A stretch of DNA of 22,873 nt from Candidatus Sulfobium sp. (GCA_037380845.1 JARRRI010000017.1:58271-81143); one strand, 5' to 3'; shown: positions 1 to 7,738, counted from the first letter of the stretch. The notes: generated by a model from the letters alone, not told the origin. Numbers and translations are program-made.

Positions 1-134
1 TTTAAGGAACAGGGCAGGGCCGGAAAGTATATGGAGCAAGTAAACAGCGATCTGGAAATACAGGACTTATGTGTAATGTTTATACAGGATTATATAAAAT
101 GTTCCTAATTGTAACCTGGATGTCGCATCGCTTT

Positions 135-1481
135 TCACTCACTTGAGTCGTACTCTTTCAATTTGTCAAAAAGATTCTTATAACTTATGCCCAAAATTTC
201 CGCCGCCTTCGTCTTGTTCCCTGCAGTTGTCTCCATAGCCTGTCTGATGAGCTTCTTCTCAAGGTCTTTCACTGCCTCCTTGAGGGACAGGAAGGAATTT
301 GTCTGCCTGGTCCCGGAGATCCCGCCGACCGGAAAATTTATGCTCCCCTCATTGATAACGTCCTCCCGGGTCATCAGTACGGCCCTTCTCATCACGTTTT
401 TCAGTTCTCTGAGATTGCCGGGCCATGGGTATGTCTTCAGCTCTGTCAACGCACCATCCGTAAGTCCTCTGATCTGTCTGTTCAGCTCATTGGCCGCCTC
501 GAAGGCAAATTTCCTGGCAAAGAAAGGGATGTCATCGGCCCTGTCCCTGAGCGGCGGAAGCGTTATTATGAATTCACCCAGACGGTAGTACAGGTCCTCC
601 CGAAATTCCTGTTTCTTCACCCTCATAACCAGGTCCTTGTTAGTGGCCCCTATTATGCGGAGGTCTGCATCGACCGGAACGGTAGAGCCGAGAGGATATA
701 TAGTCTTCTTCTCGATGAAGCTCAGGAGTTTGCCCTGAACGTGGGCCGACATGTTCTCTAGTTCATCAAGGAAGATCGTGCCGTGATCGGCCGTCTCAAA
801 GTATCCCTTCTTGTCCCTGTCCGCGCCGGTAAAAGCCCCTTTCTTGTAGCCGAAGAGTTCACTCTCAACGAGGAGGTCCGGGATCAGCCCGATATCCACA
901 CAGACAAACGTCTTATCGAACCTTTTGCTCATGTTATGGATAGACTCGGCCACGAAAGACTTGCCGGTTCCGGTCTCTCCCTGAATGATAACCGAGAAAT
1001 CCGTCGGTGCGATCTGCTTCACCTGTTCTATCACTTTCTTCATAGCCGGACTCTTTCCGAATTGGTGTTCGAGTGACGAGTCGAGAGCAGCGCTGGTCCT
1101 GTTCATCTGGAGTTCCAGTTCGCGCCTCTCTGTCGCCCTCTTCAGGGTAACCACCAGTCTTTTGAAGTCGGGCGGCTTCTCGGCAAAGTCATAGGCGCCC
1201 CCTCTTATGGCCTCTACCGCCTTCTGGATGTCGCCGTATCCGGTAAGGATAATGACCGGAACACCCGCGTCGATTTTTTTCAGTTCTTTCATTGTCCCGA
1301 TGCCGTCCATGTTCGGCATTTTCAGATCAATAAGGGCGGCATCCGGTCTTTCCGTTCTGAACAACTCGATGGCGCTCAACCCATCTTCAGCTTCGAGAGG
1401 AAGGAAACCCTCCTCCTGCAGGACGTCCCGCACTATTCCCCTTAAATCCCTGTCATCATCTACGATCAGCACTCTATTCAT
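135..1481 (-). CDS. Sigma-54-dependent response regulator (NtrC/AtoC family: receiver + AAA+ + Fis-type HTH)
   Basis: Receiver (VLIVDDD, ALIDLKMP, FAEKP), Walker A GETGTGKS, ESELFG..GAFTGA, Walker B IFLDE, WPGNLREL, C-terminal GNKTKAAEILGIS. Start moved from 1523 to ATG at 1481 (MNRVLIVDD), preceded by GGGAGAGGA. Confidence 0.95.
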   Translation of the reverse strand: MNRVLIVDDDRDLRGIVRDVLQEEGFLPLEAEDGLSAIELFRTERPDAALIDLKMPNMDGIGTMKELKKIDAGVPVIILTGYGDIQKAVEAIRGGAYDFAEKPPDFKRLVVTLKRATERRELELQMNRTSAALDSSLEHQFGKSPAMKKVIEQVKQIAPTDFSVIIQGETGTGKSFVAESIHNMSKRFDKTFVCVDIGLIPDLLVESELFGYKKGAFTGADRDKKGYFETADHGTIFLDELENMSAHVQGKLLSFIEKKTIYPLGSTVPVDADLRIIGATNKDLVMRVKKQEFREDLYYRLGEFIITLPPLRDRADDIPFFARKFAFEAANELNRQIRGLTDGALTELKTYPWPGNLRELKNVMRRAVLMTREDVINEGSINFPVGGISGTRQTNSFLSLKEAVKDLEKKLIRQAMETTAGNKTKAAEILGISYKNLFDKLKEYDSSE

Positions 1482-1509
1482 GTCCGTCCTCTCCCGGGAA
1501 TTTTCGTTA

Positions 1510-3051
1510 TTATGTGCTCTCAACTATCTTTTCCTCCACCAGGGGGAGGTAAATCCTGAATTCGGTCCCCTCGCCTGACCTGCTGCGTACGTCTATCCGT
1601 CCGCCGTGCTGTTCGATGATACCGTATACAATAGAAAGACCCAGCCCGTTGCCTCTGCCCGAGTCTTTTGTAGTGAAAAAGGGCTCGAACATGCGCTCCC
1701 TGGTCTCTTCGTCCATGCCCCTGCCGCTGTCAGAAATCATAACACGGACGTACTTCCTGCGTCCCCCCTTCTGCCTGTCGGCTGCCTCCTTGTCTTCTAT
1801 AATCACCGACGCGCTCTCCATGCTCAACCTTCCGCCGCCGGGCATAGCGTCCCGCGCATTCACGCACAGGTTCATGATGACCTGTTCTATCTGGACGGGA
1901 TCGGCCTTTATGACCATCTCACTTTCCGAAAGGGAAAGCTCCAGGCGGACGTCCTCTCCCAGAATATTGGCCAGGAGCGGCTTCATCTTTCTGATGAGTG
2001 TATTGATTTCGGTCGGATGCAGGATTGTCGTCTGTGTCCGGCTGAAGGTGAGAAGGCTCTGGATAAGGCCCTTTGCTTTTGTGACGGACATATTGACACG
2101 CCGGGTATAATCCCGGAGGGGACTGTTATCATATAATTTCCTTTCCAGCATGTAGACCGAACCCTCAACAGTCGAGAGGATATTGTTGAAGTCATGGGCA
2201 ATACCCCGTGCGAGCGTGCCGATGGCTTCCATTGTCCGGGCGAGCCTGAGTTTCTCTTCAAGAGACTTTTTCTCTTTCTCTCTCTCCCTCAGATTCTCCG
2301 ACATCGCATTGAAAGCCTCTGCGAGTCTTCCCACCTCATCGTGTGTCTCTACAGGCACTTTCCCGACCGACTCACCCATGCCCAGCGACTTCACCGCATC
2401 GGTCAGACGTGTAAGAGGCAGGGTAACCCTCCTGATCGCAAAGAAGATAATTATCGCGCCCATGAAAAGAAATATTGCCGCGATCATGGCGCTCCTGACC
2501 AGGATGGTCGCCGTCTCACTGCCGAGAGCCTTCTTGTCCATGACAACCCGTACAAAACCTATGACACTTTCTTTTCTGACGGGAGGCGTATCCTCGAAGT
2601 AAAGCAGTTCCGGCGGGGCTGCGTGCAACATCAATGTAACCGGCGAGACTATCTCTATAGCGTCTGCGCTTTCCGAGACGACCGGCAGTTCCACACCAGA
2701 GACCATTGACGTGAACTCTTCGGTATTGCCGCTGAAAGATCTTTTTTCCTCATCGAACAGGACCCTCCTGTCCGCGGTCAGCACCTGGACCGCAAGGACG
2801 TTTTTCTGTTTGAGGACGGCCCGCGCCGCGTCCCTCAACAATGTCCTGTTTTCCGCGAAGACAGCTGTCTTCGAACCGTAAGCGAGAAGCGCGGAAAGTG
2901 CCTTACCCTCCTTTACGAGGTTTTCCTTGACCCGGCTCTTCTGATAATAGACAAAGAAAAGAGCGAAGATTGCCGACAGGATCATGATCGAAATGGAAAA
3001 CGACCTGAAGACTCTGAAACTGAAACTCTCTCTTAAGTTCTTAATCCACAT
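1510..3051 (-). CDS. Membrane sensor histidine kinase (2 TM, periplasmic domain, HAMP, HisKA, HATPase)
   Basis: Two hydrophobic segments flanking a ~150-aa extracytoplasmic region; HAMP (PLTRLTDAV..DEVGRLAEAFNAM); H-box GIAHDFNNIL; N-box NLCVNARDAM; DSGRGM, FEPFFTTK, GNGLGLS. Start overlaps the upstream gene by 11 nt. Confidence 0.95.
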   Translation of the reverse strand: MWIKNLRESFSFRVFRSFSISIMILSAIFALFFVYYQKSRVKENLVKEGKALSALLAYGSKTAVFAENRTLLRDAARAVLKQKNVLAVQVLTADRRVLFDEEKRSFSGNTEEFTSMVSGVELPVVSESADAIEIVSPVTLMLHAAPPELLYFEDTPPVRKESVIGFVRVVMDKKALGSETATILVRSAMIAAIFLFMGAIIIFFAIRRVTLPLTRLTDAVKSLGMGESVGKVPVETHDEVGRLAEAFNAMSENLREREKEKKSLEEKLRLARTMEAIGTLARGIAHDFNNILSTVEGSVYMLERKLYDNSPLRDYTRRVNMSVTKAKGLIQSLLTFSRTQTTILHPTEINTLIRKMKPLLANILGEDVRLELSLSESEMVIKADPVQIEQVIMNLCVNARDAMPGGGRLSMESASVIIEDKEAADRQKGGRRKYVRVMISDSGRGMDEETRERMFEPFFTTKDSGRGNGLGLSIVYGIIEQHGGRIDVRSRSGEGTEFRIYLPLVEEKIVEST

Positions 3052-3925
3052 TCTTCGCCCATCCCGCTGTGTTCTTATTTGACTCTATGCCAAGCTTCCG
3101 CAGAACCTTACTGTTGACGATGATCCCGGATACCCTCGCATCAACTCTTATCTGACCCGGTGCGCCCGCTTCATGAAGCCTTTTCGATATTGCACCCGCC
3201 TGGGCACCCATATCGAAGGAGCCCACGGTTAGCGCCGCTGCCGCTCCCATATCGACATATTTTTTCGAGAAAGTGAAAATCGGGACCTTGCTTTCAAATG
3301 AGAAAAGGAGCATGTAATCTACGGTCGCGGAGTTCAGCAGCCCCGGTTCGGGCAGCATCCAGAATATGTCTATTCTTTCCTTCAGGCTGTCCATCAGTGA
3401 AGGCACGGAGCCGGATGTTTCCGCCTTTTCGGCCACGAGCTCGATCCCCCTTGCCGCAGCCTCTCTCATCGCCTCTTTTACGTAGGCATCCGAGTTGTTC
3501 GGATCATACACCAGCCCGATCCTCTTCGCCCCCGGGAACAGCCTTGTCATGGCATCGAGGTATTTCGCAGGTGATATATACATGCTGACTCCAGATATAT
3601 TCCTTCCTTCGCCGTCAGACAGAGGAGCGGGGACCATGACATAGATTACCGGCAGATTTTCGACACTCCGCACCTTCGCGAGCGCGTCCATCCCTATCGC
3701 GACCACAACATCGGGATGGAGCCGATAGATCTGGCTGGTCACCGCATCCTGGTCCGGGGTTAGCGTTGTTACGCTGCAGTCGCAGGAACTTCGAAAACCT
3801 TCAAGGGCCTCGTTATAGGGCCCGATATCGGCGCTCTTCAGAACTGCCGCTTCATAAGCCCACGAACGTCCGGCAAGGCAGAGTATGATTAACAGAATTA
3901 AAAGGAATGATATCCTTCTTTTCAT
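3041..3925 (-). CDS. Periplasmic substrate-binding protein (ABC_sub_bind-like), no cognate permease or ATPase in the window
   Basis: Signal peptide MKRRISFLLILLIILCLAGRSWA; motifs PYNEALEGF, NISGVSM, KRIGLVYDP, FWMLP, FSKKYVDMGA, DMGAQAG, IVNSKVLRKLGI. Start placed at ATG 3925 (ORF track gives 3949) because it begins the signal peptide and follows GGGGA. Confidence 0.85.
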   Translation of the reverse strand: MKRRISFLLILLIILCLAGRSWAYEAAVLKSADIGPYNEALEGFRSSCDCSVTTLTPDQDAVTSQIYRLHPDVVVAIGMDALAKVRSVENLPVIYVMVPAPLSDGEGRNISGVSMYISPAKYLDAMTRLFPGAKRIGLVYDPNNSDAYVKEAMREAAARGIELVAEKAETSGSVPSLMDSLKERIDIFWMLPEPGLLNSATVDYMLLFSFESKVPIFTFSKKYVDMGAAAALTVGSFDMGAQAGAISKRLHEAGAPGQIRVDARVSGIIVNSKVLRKLGIESNKNTAGWAKNVD

Positions 3926-3990
3926 CCGTCCCCACGGAAATGTTTTCAATGAGTTATGATAACGTAACCACCGTTAAAATTCTATATTAT

Positions 3991-4016
3991 TGTAACGCAT
4001 CCGCTGCTTAGTTACA
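3991..4016. promoter_or_regulatory. Inverted repeat TGTAAC-N14-GTTACA, candidate transcription-factor site upstream of the SBP-HK-RR genes
   Basis: TGTAAC at 3991-3996 and GTTACA at 4011-4016 in an AT-rich intergenic stretch. Function is inferred. Confidence 0.35.
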
Positions 4017-4021
4017 TAAAT

Positions 4022-4039
4022 ACGGCCTTTTTCGGCCGT
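4022..4039 (-). terminator. Short GC hairpin, possible weak terminator downstream of the radical SAM gene
   Basis: Minus strand ACGGCC-GAAAAA-GGCCGT followed by ATTTATGT; poor U-tract. Confidence 0.3.
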
Positions 4040-4210
4040 CACCTCTGCGAAAGCCGCGTCTCTTTTTTTAGAATGCATTCCTGCGCGCCGGCAGACGGGC
4101 CCGATTGCTACCGGGAATGAGTCAAACGTGAGGCGGTCTCTTCTTGATAAGGGGGTATAAAGGGGTAAATATGACTCCGGCGGTGCCTCTCTTTTAAACA
4201 GGGAATTCCG

Positions 4211-5518
4211 CTATGCCAGCCCGTATTTGACGTCCTGCCTGACCATCGTTTCCAGGGTAGCATCGAGATAGGGCTTTCTGCAGTCCACTCCGTCCATGTC
4301 GCCGTCGCGGACGAATTTCATGTAGCGACAGCCTCCGAAGCATAAGGGAAGATAGGCGCAGTCGAGACATTCTTTGTTCTTCCAGCTATCCCGCCCATGA
4401 GGTTGTCTCCCCAGGGGCACTCCGCTTTTCAGGTGGCCGACCTTGAATTCCTCCCTGCCGATCATACCGGGACATTTGTAGATACTCCCGTCATAGTTGA
4501 CCAGCAAGTGGAGATCCATATCCATCGAGCAGACTGCGGGCCCTATCCTGTTTGTCTTATAACCACCTCTGAGTATTTCTTCTCTCAACATCAGGGTCGC
4601 TTCCGCAATCCATTCTTCATTATATGTGACACAACCATCACGAAAGCCGGCAGGAGCGATACCTTCGCTTTCGTTAGTTACAGGCTCAAAGCGTATGCTC
4701 CGGATTTTTTCGGGGGTGAGACCGCGCTCCCCGAGATCATCAAGCAGTTGCGGGAAAACCCCGTAATTGTGCTCCATGTAATTTCCCGTCACGGTGACTT
4801 TCAGGATATCACTGACTTCCCGAAGGTTCTTCACGATGGCATCGAAGGAGCCTTTCCCGCCTTTGAAAGGCCTGCACCGGTTATGTATGTATTCAGGCCC
4901 GTCGATCGGCACGGCAACCTCCTTAAGGCCGGCATAGGCAAGACTCTCAGCCATGCGAGCAGTCAGGAGACTTCCGTTTGTATTCATATAGCCAAGATAC
5001 AGAATGCCGTTTTCATCGGCGCACTTCTTCAATCTTCGCGACAGAGACAATACGGCATCCTCGCTTAAGAGCGGTTCGCCACCATAGAAGGTGACAATAA
5101 TCTTTTCATCGCCCTTTCTCCCTTCGAGCGATTCTGCCCACTTCTCCACAGCAGCGGTAACAGATTCAGCGGTTTCATCGGTCATATAAAGCCAGCCCTT
5201 CCTCCGCCCTTCGAAGCAATAAATACAATTGAGATTACAGTCCAGGTTCACGGCAACTTTGAGGCCCAGAACCCTGCTTTCCGCATTCAGGCACTCCATG
5301 AATCCAAGCATCTCCCTTAGCTCCTCTTCGCGACTGCCGACCAGTATGCCGAGACCTGTCAGAGTGTTTTGCTCTTCTTTGGTGACGACGCCGGACTTCA
5401 AGTCCTCCAGCATGGAGTCAGGAACTGAGATGATGGAAGCCTTCCTGGTAGAAAAGAGTATCACCGATGAGGAGTCATCAGGATCGGGATAAATTAGACA
5501 ATATTTGGAGAGTGTCAT
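4211..5518 (-). CDS. Radical SAM/SPASM-domain peptide maturase (resembles the 'geopeptide' radical SAM maturase family)
   Basis: CxxxCxxC (CNLNCIYC), FYGGEPLL, TNGSLL, IDGP..HN..R; complete SPASM pattern C-x13-G-x4-C ... Cx2Cx5Cx3C (CLDCAYLPLCFGGC) ... C; ~80-aa N-terminal extension; directly downstream of a short Cys-Cys peptide gene. Family name is from memory, not from a search. Confidence 0.92.
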   Translation of the reverse strand: MTLSKYCLIYPDPDDSSSVILFSTRKASIISVPDSMLEDLKSGVVTKEEQNTLTGLGILVGSREEELREMLGFMECLNAESRVLGLKVAVNLDCNLNCIYCFEGRRKGWLYMTDETAESVTAAVEKWAESLEGRKGDEKIIVTFYGGEPLLSEDAVLSLSRRLKKCADENGILYLGYMNTNGSLLTARMAESLAYAGLKEVAVPIDGPEYIHNRCRPFKGGKGSFDAIVKNLREVSDILKVTVTGNYMEHNYGVFPQLLDDLGERGLTPEKIRSIRFEPVTNESEGIAPAGFRDGCVTYNEEWIAEATLMLREEILRGGYKTNRIGPAVCSMDMDLHLLVNYDGSIYKCPGMIGREEFKVGHLKSGVPLGRQPHGRDSWKNKECLDCAYLPLCFGGCRYMKFVRDGDMDGVDCRKPYLDATLETMVRQDVKYGLA

Positions 5519-5535
5519 AACTGACTCGTTAAAGG

Positions 5536-5561
5536 GAGGGAAGGGACACGCCCCTTCCCTC
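5536..5561 (-). terminator. Perfect 10-bp stem-loop between the peptide and maturase genes (leaky terminator or 3' stabiliser)
   Basis: Minus strand GAGGGAAGGG-GCGTGT-CCCTTCCCTC followed by CCTTT; begins 11 nt after the peptide stop codon. Confidence 0.6.
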
Positions 5562-5572
5562 GTTCATTCCGC

Positions 5573-5674
5573 TTACTTGATCATTCTCGCACCGCCGCCC
5601 GCGGCGCAGCATGCAAACAGCGCAATGTCTTTCGTCTTCATACCCTCCGTTAGCACCTTGACTCGATTCTTCAC
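5573..5674 (-). CDS. Putative RiPP precursor peptide, 33 aa: MKNRVKVLTEGMKTKDIALFACCAAGGGARMIK
   Basis: Translated by hand: GTG at 5674-5672, TAA at 5575-5573; SD TAAGGAGG (5690-5683) 8 nt upstream; Lys-rich leader-like N-terminus, Cys-Cys and Ala/Gly-rich C-terminus; lies immediately upstream of the rSAM/SPASM gene. Not in the ORF track. Confidence 0.88.
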   Translation of the reverse strand: MKNRVKVLTEGMKTKDIALFACCAAGGGARMIK

Positions 5675-5699
5675 CTTCTTTGCCTCCTTAAGGGAATAG

Positions 5700-5716
5700 G
5701 CATCCCAAGGGGATGC
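5700..5716 (-). other. 7-bp stem-loop between the TonB receptor stop and the peptide SD
   Basis: Plus strand GCATCCC-AAG-GGGATGC, no U-tract. Confidence 0.4.
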
Positions 5717-5719
5717 ATG

Positions 5720-7618
5720 CTATAATTTTACCCTTATCCCTCCCTCTACCCAACGATCAGCATTCTTGTAAGTATCGGTCCAGTACTGAGAGCCGTTAAA
5801 GACATTGTGGACGGTCAGAAATCCCTCGACAGTATATCCTTTCCCCTTATAAAGTGTTTTAATCGCATTGGCGTCAAAGACAAAGGCGTTGTATTTGGCG
5901 TTCATGAAGTCGCTGGCATTCCACCAGATGTACCGCCCCCTTAGAGAGGCACGAAAGGTCTTCCCGTCGTCGTATTTGAGCGCCAAATCGTAAGTATATT
6001 GGGGGTTGTCCTTGATCTCTTCATCCGTCTCAAGGTCCTCGCTGTGAACGTATGTCGTCGCAGCCCAGAAGGTAAAGTTATGGAAGGGCATCGTCTTCAT
6101 ATCAACTTCGAAGCCCCGCCTTTGCAGCCTGCCCCCGTTCACTACAGTCCAGGTGCCCTCCTCTGCTGAAATATCCATGTTCTCGAGGGCATCATGAACG
6201 TCGTGTATGAAGCCGGTTACCTTGATCCATACATATCTCAGCGCCCCTGTCTCGACCCCGGCCTGGTAGGACCACACAGTCTCTGATGTAAGGTCAGGGT
6301 TCTTTCGGAAATATACGCTGTCAGAATAAAGAGCGCCTATAGGGGGAATGCTGAAACCCCGGGCGATGTCAGCCCGAAACAGGGTCTTCTCCGCAATCTC
6401 ATATGTCAATCCAAGACTCGGGCTGACGATATTCTCTCCCAGGCTTGTATCTTCTATGTTGACATAATCGTATCTGATGCCGGGTGTCAGGGTCAGCTTA
6501 TCCAATGAAATCGTGTCGTTGACGAAGACCGCGGCGGACTGTTCATCGAACCGTTGACCGCCCAACGCATCTGCTCTCGTCCAACTCGAGTCATAATCGA
6601 ATCCCACTACTACTGAATGTATCCCCTGCCTCAAGTTCCACTTCGCACTGCCGCCGTACACCCCCTCCTTATCAGTGGAAGTGTCTTCGGAAAGTTCGAC
6701 AAGGTCCTTGGTCAGAAAATCGAGCTTTTCGTGCGCGGCCCTGAGTGAGACATCGAGAGTCATTTCATCGCTCAGTCTGCTGTTTACGGAGAGTGTGGAA
6801 AGGAGCGTCTCTGTTCTGTCCTCGAACTTGTATCCAAGATACCCGAAATCCCCTTCCGTTCTGTGGTTCTTTCCGTAAAGGAAGGTCAGAACCGCAGTCG
6901 TGTCCTTTTCAATATCATACGATAACTTTCCATAAAAATTGTTCTGCCAGTTGTCTTCCCATGTTCTCAGGCCGTCAGTCTGGAGTCTACCGGCAAAGAG
7001 ATACCATCCGAACTTGTCCTTTTTCCCCGCGAAGGAACCCCTGAAATCTCCAGTATTACTTTCGCCGTATGACCCTGAAAGAAGGCCCTTTGTCTCCTGC
7101 TTCGCCGAAGGCGGCTTAGTGATGACATTGACTATCCCCCCTAAGGACGAGCCCCAGACAGAAGAGGCGGGGCCCTCGATCACCTCGACCCTCTCGATCA
7201 TCTGGACCGGTATAAGAGCTGGATCGGGCACGCCCCCAACAAGATTAAGATTATTCAGACTCACCCCGTCGATCAAAATTACCACATGCTCGTTGCGGGA
7301 GCCCTGAATCTGGGCTGCAGCAATGTTTCCGGGACTCGCCCCTGCAAAAGATACCTGTACGCCGTTTATAGTATTGAGCACGTCGGCCAGGGTATGGGCA
7401 TTCATCAGCTCGATATCATCCGCGGTCACGACCTCCACGTTCTCTGCGACGCGCGAGATAGATTTAAGGCTCCGGGTTGTCGAGATAACCTTCAACTCCT
7501 CCGGTTTGAAATACAGGAGCAGAAAGTTCTTCTCCTGTTGAGTCATGGAAAAAGAAGGGACCGTAATGCAGAAGATGGTAAAAAGGATTACCAGGAATAT
7601 GAGAGTTTTTCTAACCAT
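5720..7618 (-). CDS. TonB-dependent outer-membrane receptor (plug + beta-barrel)
   Basis: Signal peptide MVRKTLIFLVILFTIFCITVPSFS; plug motifs VISTTRS..VEVVTADDI..TLADVL, IQGS..VVILIDGV, IERVEVIEGPASSVWGS..GGIVNVITK; barrel motifs LTPGIRYD, NPDLTSE, VHNVFN. Start moved from 7639 to ATG 7618 (GAGG upstream). Confidence 0.93.
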   Translation of the reverse strand: MVRKTLIFLVILFTIFCITVPSFSMTQQEKNFLLLYFKPEELKVISTTRSLKSISRVAENVEVVTADDIELMNAHTLADVLNTINGVQVSFAGASPGNIAAAQIQGSRNEHVVILIDGVSLNNLNLVGGVPDPALIPVQMIERVEVIEGPASSVWGSSLGGIVNVITKPPSAKQETKGLLSGSYGESNTGDFRGSFAGKKDKFGWYLFAGRLQTDGLRTWEDNWQNNFYGKLSYDIEKDTTAVLTFLYGKNHRTEGDFGYLGYKFEDRTETLLSTLSVNSRLSDEMTLDVSLRAAHEKLDFLTKDLVELSEDTSTDKEGVYGGSAKWNLRQGIHSVVVGFDYDSSWTRADALGGQRFDEQSAAVFVNDTISLDKLTLTPGIRYDYVNIEDTSLGENIVSPSLGLTYEIAEKTLFRADIARGFSIPPIGALYSDSVYFRKNPDLTSETVWSYQAGVETGALRYVWIKVTGFIHDVHDALENMDISAEEGTWTVVNGGRLQRRGFEVDMKTMPFHNFTFWAATTYVHSEDLETDEEIKDNPQYTYDLALKYDDGKTFRASLRGRYIWWNASDFMNAKYNAFVFDANAIKTLYKGKGYTVEGFLTVHNVFNGSQYWTDTYKNADRWVEGGIRVKL

Positions 7619-7641
7619 ATAGCCTCGCCCCCAAAACACAA

Positions 7642-7647
7642 ATTATA
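7642..7647 (-). promoter_or_regulatory. Candidate -10 box (TATAAT) for the TonB-peptide-rSAM transcript
   Basis: Perfect TATAAT 23 nt upstream of the 7618 start; no good -35. Confidence 0.3.
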
Positions 7648-7738
7648 TTAACGACAGAAAAGTCCGGAACAGTATACCTGATATAGAGCGGGGTTTTCCA
7701 CGACACGCAAAAAAATTTGCTATCCGAACCGGACAATA

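Noticed and set aside
35..50. Sigma-54-like sequence TCGCTGTTTACTTGCT on the minus strand
   Set aside because: The -12 TTGCT is good but the invariant GG at -24 is missing.
2595..2612. LLYF motif shared by the HK periplasmic domain (ELLYFED) and the TonB receptor N-terminus (LLLYFKP)
   Set aside because: A four-residue match is too short to distinguish from chance.
4140..4170. G-run sequence GATAAGGGGGTATAAAGGGGTAAA as a REP-like element
   Set aside because: Single degenerate copy with no complementary arm or second instance in the window.
5505..5699. 64-aa plus-strand ORF between the rSAM and TonB genes
   Set aside because: Antisense shadow of the minus-strand peptide gene; no SD, overlaps the rSAM start, opposite to the operon direction.
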